Positions 17,947 to 24,872 of a DNA stretch of 43,226 bases are shown here, in pieces. The notes beneath the pieces are model-generated. The model saw nothing but the letters and a program-made list of their open reading frames with translations, made no database searches and had not been told where the DNA came from. The position numbers were made by a program, and so were the translations under genes. Each line of letters starts with the position of its first letter. Within the stretch, counting starts at the first letter, position 1. The DNA is from a virus: IMG/VR virus record IMGVR_UViG_3300025006_000005; one strand, 5' to 3'.

Positions 17947-18085
17947 CGGTCCACTCGGTGCATAGGGATCCATCGCGGCGAAGACTGTCGGCGCTGTCGC
18001 CTCTGTCCTGCCTGGGGCCGCCGGCGCTTCCAACTCCGCGAGGGAGGAGTGCGACACAAGCACGGCTCGTCCTGGGTGGAATCGG

Positions 18086-18730
18086 CTAGCCGAGTCGCTT
18101 CAGGCTTGCAAGGTCCATGTCCACAGGCGTCACGCGTCCCAAAATGTCGAGTTCGACGACGCCGCGGTTTTCGTCGAGCGACGTCAAACGCGCCAGCCAC
18201 CCCGCGAACGGACCGTCATTGACAACGACGCTGTCGCCAGCCTCCAGCGCTCCTGCGACCTTCGCCTTCAGCTTATCGTCGTGCTTGAGATCCTGCTGCA
18301 ATTTGAGGACCATAGCGTCAGGCACGGCGCATGGCAGTCCGCCCGAGGACAGCAGGCCGCGCACACCTTCGACGGTGCGGATCGCCGCCCAATGCTCCGG
18401 ACACCATGCGATCCTGACGAGCACATAGCCCGGAAACGCGACGACGATCCGCTCGGGACGCGGCCCGCTTCCTGCTCCCCTGCGTCGGCCGGATTTGATT
18501 TTGCATGTCGGCAGCCAGTGCGGAACGCCCGCCTCGGCAAGCGCCTTTTCCACAGCTTTCTCATGCCCGACGCTCACCGACAGCACATACCAGCGCACGT
18601 CGTCGAGGCTCATGCCCGCCGCCGCAAGCAGCGCTTCGGAGCGCCGCGTCATCCGCCAGCGCTCCACCGACTGCATCCGCAGCCGCTCCGCATCATCGCC
18701 CAGCTCGGCAGGATCAACATGCCTGGTCAT
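18086..18730 (-). CDS. NusG/RfaH-like transcription antitermination factor (NGN + KOW)
   Basis: NGN motifs WYVLSVSVGHEKAVEKAL and FPGYVLVRI. KOW motif GDSVVVNDGPFAGWLARLTSLD. The start is uncertain, with several in-frame ATGs. Confidence 0.7.
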   Translation of the reverse strand: MTRHVDPAELGDDAERLRMQSVERWRMTRRSEALLAAAGMSLDDVRWYVLSVSVGHEKAVEKALAEAGVPHWLPTCKIKSGRRRGAGSGPRPERIVVAFPGYVLVRIAWCPEHWAAIRTVEGVRGLLSSGGLPCAVPDAMVLKLQQDLKHDDKLKAKVAGALEAGDSVVVNDGPFAGWLARLTSLDENRGVVELDILGRVTPVDMDLASLKRLG

Positions 18731-20084
18731 AGCTTTCCGCCCTCTCCGCATCGCTTCCGCCCCTGATCGCCGCCTCGAATTCGCCTAAGCCCGCCGGTCC
18801 GCCCTTTGGCGCGTAGAACACCTCGCCGCGCTCGAAGTCGGGCAGCCACGGCCAGCCCCGCGCCGCGAACGCCTCCCGCCACGCCGCGAGCACCGCGCTT
18901 GTCACAGGTATCGGCTCCATCGCCGCCTTCAGCCCATGCCAGCGCTCGCCGAACACGGCGCCGCCCTTTTGGCTGCGCAGCGCTCGCCATTGCCACACCC
19001 GCTCCCATGCCGCCCGCAATGCCGGGTCCGACAAGAGAGGCCGTTCACGCAGACGCGCCGCCGCTGCCTCGTCGCTCGGTCCCGCCAGCAGGTCCGCGAA
19101 GAGCTTCGCCATGCCGACGGGGCCCGCCATCGCCGCCCAGCCATCGGGCTTTGCCTGTTCCTCGGGCCTGGCGCTTGCCGCCTTGCGCGCCTCGAGCCGC
19201 CGCATGATCGCCGGATCGAGCCCGTCCCACGCCCTGTCCCGCAGGAACACGCCGATCGGCATCGGCTTCTTGCCGCGATCGGCGATGTCGAGGAGGTAGG
19301 CGTCGCGCCAGCGCTCGGCAGCCTCACGGTCGGCCAGCGACAGCGCAGCGAACTGCTTGGCGATCCAGCGCAGCGAGGTCGTGTCCCAATCCGCCCATGC
19401 TCCGGCGACGAACCCGCGCCCCGAGCAAAGCCGTTGGACGCGCTTCCGAAACGCCGCCGTCTGCGGATCGTCGGCTGCCCCGCTCGTATCGTCGGCAGCG
19501 TCCCCGTCGGCGTTCTGGTCCTGCCCTTCCTGCCCGACCGCGCGCGCGCCCTCTCTCTCAAGGGCGGTAATGGGAGGATCTATGGGAGGTATATATAAAG
19601 ACCTACCGGAACTGGTTGCCGGTAGGCTTTGCGTCTGGTTGCCGGTAGGCTCGGCGTCTGGTTGCCGGTAGGCCCTACCGGCAGAATTTGCCGGTAGGCT
19701 CGATTCGCCCCCCGATTCACCCCCCGATTCTGCCCCGGATCCCGCTCCGGATTCGCCCCCCGTTTCGCGCTTCAGGTTCCGGCAGCGTTCCGCCCCGTCG
19801 CTGATATTGGCGGCGAGATCGAGCACGATCCAGTCGGCTTCGCGCACGCCTTTTTCGCCATGCTGGCGCTGCCGCCTGATCAGGCCCCAATCCTCGAGCC
19901 GCTGCAGCCATTCGCGCACCGTGCGCTCGGAGACCTCCGCCGCCTCGGCAAGATCGGACTGGCTCGCCCAGCCCTTGATCAGCCCTTCGGGATCGGCATA
20001 GTCGGCAAGGCACATCAGGATCGACTTCGCCGAGGGCGAGCCGAGCCGCTGGTCCTTCGCCCAGGCCGACGCTTTCCAGCTCAT
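18714..20084 (-). CDS. Replication initiator-like protein (N-terminal winged helix; iteron origin inside the gene)
   Basis: 456 aa. The N-terminus MSWKASAWAKDQ..AKSILMCLADYADPEG..SERTVREWLQRLEDWGLI is typical of phage O/DnaD-like wHTH proteins. Iterons lie within the central low-complexity linker. Confidence 0.65.
   Translation of the reverse strand: MSWKASAWAKDQRLGSPSAKSILMCLADYADPEGLIKGWASQSDLAEAAEVSERTVREWLQRLEDWGLIRRQRQHGEKGVREADWIVLDLAANISDGAERCRNLKRETGGESGAGSGAESGGESGGESSLPANSAGRAYRQPDAEPTGNQTQSLPATSSGRSLYIPPIDPPITALEREGARAVGQEGQDQNADGDAADDTSGAADDPQTAAFRKRVQRLCSGRGFVAGAWADWDTTSLRWIAKQFAALSLADREAAERWRDAYLLDIADRGKKPMPIGVFLRDRAWDGLDPAIMRRLEARKAASARPEEQAKPDGWAAMAGPVGMAKLFADLLAGPSDEAAAARLRERPLLSDPALRAAWERVWQWRALRSQKGGAVFGERWHGLKAAMEPIPVTSAVLAAWREAFAARGWPWLPDFERGEVFYAPKGGPAGLGEFEAAIRGGSDAERAESYDQAC
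19588..19700. repeat. Putative origin: AT-rich GGTATATATAAAGAC plus 3 exact 16-bp iterons CTGGTTGCCGGTAGGC at 23-bp phase, a 4th partial copy and a palindrome GCCGGTAGGcCCTACCGGC
   Basis: Iterons at 19612-27, 19635-50 and 19658-73, with TTGCCGGTAGGC at 19688-99. Inverted CCTACCGG at 19602-09 and 19674-81. Confidence 0.7.
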
Positions 20085-21922
20085 TCCGCCGCCTCCAGCA
20101 ATTCCCCGTTCGACCGCGCGCGCTCCTTCGGCGCGGCATCCGCCATGATCGCGGCGACCTCCGCCTGCATCATCGCTACCGAGACCGCATTGCCGATCTG
20201 CTTGATCTGCTCCGTCTTCGTGCCGCCGAACTCGTAGGCCTGTTCGTCGGTCGTGAACCCCATGGCGGCCGCGAGCTCGTGCGGCTCCAGCATGCGGAAG
20301 AGGATGTCGTAGGTTGGCTCGGAGATCGGCTCGACCAGGTCGACATGGCCGCGCGCAGCGATCGTCGGGGCCGGAGCGCCGACATCGTGCACCCGCGGCG
20401 CCTGACCCGCCCGCTCGCCGTGCTGGGCCGTGATGAAGGCAAGCTCGCCGCGATTGGCCCCGGTAATGGTTGGCAACGGCTCGCCGGGTCCGCGCGCGCG
20501 GTCTCCATCTCCGGCATGCGTCACCGGCATGACGATGGCGAATTCGCCGCCCTTGGCCGTCGTCAGCGTCGGGATCGGCTCCGCCACGTCGCGCGGTCCG
20601 TTGCCGCCCTTCGAGTGCGTCACGGGAACCACGATGCCGAACCGGTCTTTCGTCGTGACAGTCGGCAGCGGCTCGTCTCCGCTCTGCGCCGCCTGAGTCA
20701 TGCCGTAGTAGGAGGTGATGAGCAGGTGCGAATGCTTGGCCACCTGCGTCGGTGCCGGCTCGTCGACCGAACGCGGCGCGCCCTCGGCATGGCGCGACAG
20801 CACGAACGGCTCGACCACCCCGAAATTGCCGCCTCCGGCATGGATCGCCCCGATCGGCTCGTCGATGCTGCGAGACCGACGCGAATGCGGGTCGGCTTCG
20901 CTGGCATCGATGCCGTGAGCGGCCGACATGACGAATGGTGCAACGATGGCGAGACCGCCGTCCGTGGTGATAGTCGGCAGCGGAGCGTCATCGCCCGAAA
21001 CGCAGAGTCCGTTGGCGCGCGGCATCGCCGTGCGAACAACCACCGGCTCGGCAAGCCCGATATGGCCGCCGTTCGCCGCAATGGTCGGAAGCGGCATGTC
21101 GATCCCCTGCGCCGCCATGTGGTTGCGCAGGATGACGAGATAGGGCTCCGGCCAGCCGAACTTCACCGCCCCGGCATGGATGCGCGCCAATGTCTTGGCC
21201 GCCAGCGGCTTCTTGCGGTTGAGGATCGATTTGCCCTTGATGGACCAGTCGATGATCTCGCGCGCCGGCCGCCACGGCTTCATGTCGCCGAATAGGTCGG
21301 ATGCGCCCTTCGGACCGTGCGTCAGCGGCGCCCAGCGCACCGTCCGCTTGTCGCTCCTCGCCTTCAGGATGAAACGCTGCCGCGTCGTGGCGTCGCCATA
21401 GTTCGCCGCGTTGAGCTTGCGCCATTCCGGATCGAAGCCGAGCCGCTTCAGCGTCTCGATCCAGGCATGGAAATATTCGCCCTTGCGGCTCGCGACCGGC
21501 TTGCCCGTGCGATGATCGACAGGCCCCCATCCGGTAAACTCCCAGACGTTCTCGATGATGATCCGCTTGACGCGAAGCTCCGTCAGCCAGGTGACGATGT
21601 GCCATGGGTCCGAGCGCTGCTGGTCCGAGGTGGGCTTGCCGCCGCGCGCCACGGAATGGTGCGTGCATGTCGGCGATGCCATCAGGAGGTCGAGATAGCC
21701 CTCGGGCACGAGCAGATGCGGGCGCACCGTCGCGATATCCTGCACATAGTGCCGCGCTTCCGGGTGGTTGCGCCTGTGCGTCTCGATCGCCGTGGGCCAA
21801 TGGTTGACGCAGACGAGCTCCATTTCGAGCCCGAGCGAGGCGAGCGCCCGCGCGCAGCCCGTCGACGAGCCGCCCGCGCCGCACAGAAGGTCCGCTACAA
21901 GGATCTTGCGCTTGCCCGTCAA
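20081..21922 (-). CDS. DNA (cytosine-5) methyltransferase with eight tandem TRD-like modules
   Basis: The start was trimmed to the TTG at 21922 (TTGA overlap with the upstream stop). Motif I DLLCGAGG, motif IV SPTCTHHS, motif VI IIIENV, motif VIII TRQRFIL, motif IX FRMLEPHELAAAMGF, motif X QIGNAV. Confidence 0.85.
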   Translation of the reverse strand: MTGKRKILVADLLCGAGGSSTGCARALASLGLEMELVCVNHWPTAIETHRRNHPEARHYVQDIATVRPHLLVPEGYLDLLMASPTCTHHSVARGGKPTSDQQRSDPWHIVTWLTELRVKRIIIENVWEFTGWGPVDHRTGKPVASRKGEYFHAWIETLKRLGFDPEWRKLNAANYGDATTRQRFILKARSDKRTVRWAPLTHGPKGASDLFGDMKPWRPAREIIDWSIKGKSILNRKKPLAAKTLARIHAGAVKFGWPEPYLVILRNHMAAQGIDMPLPTIAANGGHIGLAEPVVVRTAMPRANGLCVSGDDAPLPTITTDGGLAIVAPFVMSAAHGIDASEADPHSRRSRSIDEPIGAIHAGGGNFGVVEPFVLSRHAEGAPRSVDEPAPTQVAKHSHLLITSYYGMTQAAQSGDEPLPTVTTKDRFGIVVPVTHSKGGNGPRDVAEPIPTLTTAKGGEFAIVMPVTHAGDGDRARGPGEPLPTITGANRGELAFITAQHGERAGQAPRVHDVGAPAPTIAARGHVDLVEPISEPTYDILFRMLEPHELAAAMGFTTDEQAYEFGGTKTEQIKQIGNAVSVAMMQAEVAAIMADAAPKERARSNGELLEAAE

Positions 21923-22446
21923 TTCCCGCCCCCATATCCGTTCAGCCAGGCCATGAATTCCGCCTTCAGCGCCTTCCAGCGCGCAGCCGCTTCGCCGTCC
22001 GTGTTGAGATGCTTGCGCGAGCGGATGCCCAGCGCCGTCCGCAAGAGCGCCGCGGTCGCTTCCGCGTCGGCAGGCAGATCCGCCTTTGCCCGGTCGGCGA
22101 GGAATCGCCCCCATGCCGGCCGCGCGCAGGCCATCGCCGCCTCTGCCGCGTAGTCCTTCGGAGCCTCTGTCCCGGCCTTAAGCTTCGCGCTCGCGCGCTC
22201 GCCGGGCTTCTGTTCCCCGTCCGCCAGCAGCGCCAGCAGAAACCGCAGATCCTCCGGCGCGTTGGCGACGAGCTCGATTTCGTCGGGGGTCGCCCGCTCG
22301 AAGGCGCAGAGCCGCGCAACCGGACGGCCCGCCGCGTCCAGCACCTCCAGCGCCGTCGCCGGTCCATCGGCCACGATCACCCATGACGCCGGCCCGATCG
22401 CATCGAGCCTCGACCTGATGCGTTCCAGCCGATCGGCCCCCGTCAT
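21919..22446 (-). CDS. Hypothetical protein
   Basis: 175-aa ORF coupled on both sides. No motif recognised. Confidence 0.5.
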   Translation of the reverse strand: MTGADRLERIRSRLDAIGPASWVIVADGPATALEVLDAAGRPVARLCAFERATPDEIELVANAPEDLRFLLALLADGEQKPGERASAKLKAGTEAPKDYAAEAAMACARPAWGRFLADRAKADLPADAEATAALLRTALGIRSRKHLNTDGEAAARWKALKAEFMAWLNGYGGGN

Positions 22447-22673
22447 GGCTCGGCTCCCGCAGCAGGCGTATGTGAAGATAGCCTCTGCTCCAGCTCCGCC
22501 GTCGCAACGTCGCGCAGTCTCAGCGTCCCGTCCCGGTTGCCTTCGCAGGTGACGACGAGCGTGCGCTCGCCGGTCTGGCGCACGACCAGCATGTTCGGCC
22601 CGCCGTCGATACGGCCGACGATGGCGCCGCGCGCAAAACCGAAGCTCGGGATCCGTTCGACAGGGCCGCTCAT
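22443..22673 (-). CDS. Hypothetical small protein
   Basis: The start was trimmed to the ATG at 22673 (ATGA overlap). 76 aa. Confidence 0.45.
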   Translation of the reverse strand: MSGPVERIPSFGFARGAIVGRIDGGPNMLVVRQTGERTLVVTCEGNRDGTLRLRDVATAELEQRLSSHTPAAGAEP

Positions 22674-23212
22674 CCGCCGCAACTTTCTTCGAGCGCGGGA
22701 TCGTAGAGCTCCGTCCGCTTCCGGCATTCCTCCAGGATTGCCTCGGCGCTCATCTCCGGCAGCGGATCGCGCGGCAGCATGGCGCAGGGCAGCTTGTTCC
22801 CCGATGTCCGCGCCTCCTTCACCCGGATGTCGAAGGCAATCTTGGCGAGCTTGGCATTGAGCGAACGAGCCCGCTCGTCCGCGCGCTTTGCCTCTTTGCG
22901 CGCCATGTCGAGTTCGGCCCGCAGCGCTTCCATTTCGCGCGCCATGACATCCGCGCCGTCATTGGTCAGCCCCGCCTGGTGCAGCAGCGCCAGCGTCAGC
23001 GCGCCGGCGGCCGTCAACCGGTATTCGAGCGGCAATCCTTCGCGCTTGCCCTCGACGGGCGCGATCAGCCCCTTGCGCTCCAGCGCCGAGCCGGAAGGGA
23101 CATATCTGTCCTCTCCGCCGACGATCATCGAAAGCGCCGCGATCTGCGAGCGCGTCAGCGCCATCTGGAATGCGCCGCTCGTCACATAATCGGAAAAGCG
23201 CACATTGCTCAC
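22670..23212 (-). CDS. Hypothetical protein (N-terminal wHTH-like, C-terminal coiled coil)
   Basis: The start was trimmed to the GTG at 23212 (GTGA overlap). The upstream 158 codons of the ORF are Arg-rich and overlap the previous gene. Confidence 0.5.
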   Translation of the reverse strand: MSNVRFSDYVTSGAFQMALTRSQIAALSMIVGGEDRYVPSGSALERKGLIAPVEGKREGLPLEYRLTAAGALTLALLHQAGLTNDGADVMAREMEALRAELDMARKEAKRADERARSLNAKLAKIAFDIRVKEARTSGNKLPCAMLPRDPLPEMSAEAILEECRKRTELYDPALEESCGG

Positions 23213-23676
23213 GACCCGTCCTCCCCGCTTGCCGCGCGCCACACCGCCTCGCCTTCCGGCGTCAGCCTCAGGATCGCCACACGTCCGTCCGCCGGCACGC
23301 GAACGACCATGTCCCGCGCCTCGAGGCTCTTGATCAGCGCCGTCACCTTGTCGCGCCGGTCCGCGCCGACGAGACGGCCGATCTCGGCGAAGGCGAGCCG
23401 GCAATAGCCGTCCGCCCCGGCGTTCTCGCCGATCAGGTAGATCCCGGCATGCTGAAGCTCCGTCAGCCCGAACACGGGATCGCGCGGCCGCCCGCCGGCG
23501 AGCTTTGCCGGCCTGTCGCCGTCGAGGATCGCATCGATCAGCCCGCCGGAAAGCGCGCCGTTGACGAGCGCGGCCGCAAGCGTGTTCGGCCGGCATTTCA
23601 GCCGCGCCGCCTCTGCGCACAGACTTGTCGCCGCCCCGCGCGTCAGCCAGAAAATTTGCTGCGGAGGGCTGCTCAT
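23209..23676 (-). CDS. Hypothetical protein with MarR-like winged-helix C-terminus
   Basis: 155 aa, with ..AEIGRLVGADRRDKVTALIKSLEARDMVVRVPADGR.. Confidence 0.5.
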   Translation of the reverse strand: MSSPPQQIFWLTRGAATSLCAEAARLKCRPNTLAAALVNGALSGGLIDAILDGDRPAKLAGGRPRDPVFGLTELQHAGIYLIGENAGADGYCRLAFAEIGRLVGADRRDKVTALIKSLEARDMVVRVPADGRVAILRLTPEGEAVWRAASGEDGS

Positions 23677-24212
23677 GCCTGCTCACCCGTCAGCACGCTG
23701 AATCGATCGAGGAAGGCGCACTCTGCCTGGACCGGATTCCAGAACCTCAGCTTGATACCCATCGGCTCGGGCGAGAAATCCCAATCCGCCGCGCACGGGC
23801 CCATGTTCTGGGCGCGCTCGTCGCCGAGGATGCGTCCATCGGCAATCATGACGGCGTCGGGAATCTGCGGCGGCAGGCCGAAGCGTTCGGCGATCAGCGC
23901 GAGACCTCGCTCCTCCGCCTCCACATAGCCGGTCAGGTGCGGCTTGATCGGCCGGGCGAGGTCGACGAGATAGGCCTCCCATGCGTCATGCAGCAGCGCC
24001 CAGAGCATATGCTCGCCGGCGACGTGATGAGACAGCAGCACACTGTGCTCCGCCACGGAGTAAAAGCGCAGGCAGTGCCCGGAGTATCGGCATTGGTGCG
24101 AGAGCGCGTGCGCGATATCATGGATGTCGATATCCTCGATCCTCGGATCGAGCGGCCAGAATTGCCGCCCCGTATAGGTCTGTATCCAGCCGCCGCGCCT
24201 TGCCACGTTCAT
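23673..24212 (-). CDS. HD-domain phosphohydrolase (YfbR-like)
   Basis: 179 aa, with IAHALSHQCRYSGH, YSVAEHSV and LLHDAWEAY. Confidence 0.75.
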   Translation of the reverse strand: MNVARRGGWIQTYTGRQFWPLDPRIEDIDIHDIAHALSHQCRYSGHCLRFYSVAEHSVLLSHHVAGEHMLWALLHDAWEAYLVDLARPIKPHLTGYVEAEERGLALIAERFGLPPQIPDAVMIADGRILGDERAQNMGPCAADWDFSPEPMGIKLRFWNPVQAECAFLDRFSVLTGEQA

Positions 24213-24532
24213 GCCCCGACTCCCTGCCCACTTGACCCTGTTTCACGTGTTGCAACCTCTGTAACCGTCTGTTTTTCCATGTCCTTGCGGATATCCGCGA
24301 GGCTGCGCCGCCGCCGCTTGGCACTCGAAAGATAGGCGAATGGATCGAGGCCGAGCCGCTGGCAAAGCGCCAGCATCGAAGCGGCCGAAAGCGGATTGGC
24401 GTTGACCGCCCGCGACAGGAGCGCCTTATTGAGCTCCGGGCATGCGCGCACCGCCGCATTGAACGAGGAAAACCGTTCGGCGAGTTCTCGCTCCACGTCC
24501 TCGGCAAACCGTTCGCGATCGATCTCAGGCAT
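24209..24532 (-). CDS. HTH (XRE-like) DNA-binding protein
   Basis: The start was trimmed to the ATG at 24532. Contains ..LNKALLSRAVNANPLSAASMLALCQRLGLDPFAYL. Confidence 0.6.
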   Translation of the reverse strand: MPEIDRERFAEDVERELAERFSSFNAAVRACPELNKALLSRAVNANPLSAASMLALCQRLGLDPFAYLSSAKRRRRSLADIRKDMEKQTVTEVATRETGSSGQGVGA

Positions 24533-24872
24533 GTCCGTTCTCCTCACGCGCCGCAGAGCCAGTCTCTGTCCCGCCTTTAAGCGGCAAGCCGCTGGCGGCC
24601 CCGTGTTGCCCGCCATCGTCCGTCAGGAGCACGCCGCGGTCGCCCGGCACGATGCCGAGCGCGCCCCACAGCCGCGCGCGATCGCGCCCATTGTCGAGCC
24701 GGCCCATGAACGCCAGATCGAACGCGGTATTGGTGACGCCCGCCGCCTTGCGGATCTGCGCCTTGGCCTTGCGCGTCGCATCCATCAGCGCGCCGCCCGA
24801 AAGCCCGTGTGTCGCGAAGGCGACCCGGCCGCGCAGGAAGAAGCGGAGCATGGCGGGCGAAAAATCAGGCAT
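24525..24872 (-). CDS. Hypothetical protein whose C-terminus is encoded by a palindromic repeat element
   Basis: The start was trimmed to the ATG at 24872 (MPDFSPAMLRFF...). 115 aa. The last ~25 aa (..HGAASGLPLKGGTETG..) are read from element copy 24562-24602. Confidence 0.5.
   Translation of the reverse strand: MPDFSPAMLRFFLRGRVAFATHGLSGGALMDATRKAKAQIRKAAGVTNTAFDLAFMGRLDNGRDRARLWGALGIVPGDRGVLLTDDGGQHGAASGLPLKGGTETGSAAREENGHA
24562..24602. repeat. Palindromic interspersed element, variant 1 (inverted copy)
   Basis: GTCTCTGTCCCGCCTTTAAGCGGCAAGCCGCTGGCGGCCCC is the reverse complement of 28834-28875, differing by 2 substitutions and 1 indel. Confidence 0.85.

Noticed and set aside
17990-18040. 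A possible fifth, degenerate copy of the palindromic element (CCTCTGTCCTGCCTGGGGCCGCC) upstream of the HNH gene
   Set aside because: Only short end-like motifs match, and their relative orientation differs from the four clear copies. This is too weak to call by eye.
19612-19699. The 23-bp tandem repeats considered as a mini CRISPR array
   Set aside because: There are only 3-4 copies, and the intervening 7 nt are nearly identical rather than unique spacers. No cas genes are present, and the repeats lie within a coding linker. Iterons of an origin fit better.
22670-23686. Long 5' extensions of ORFs: 22670..23686, 9080..9805, 8218..8787, 17052..17735, 20081..22114, 28606..29370, 37916..38680, 38320..38853 and 29163..30143
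   Set aside because: The extensions are Arg-rich, overlap the preceding gene entirely and lack homology-like sequence. Internal starts with ATGA/GTGA/TTGA coupling or a good SD give products that begin at recognisable N-termini.
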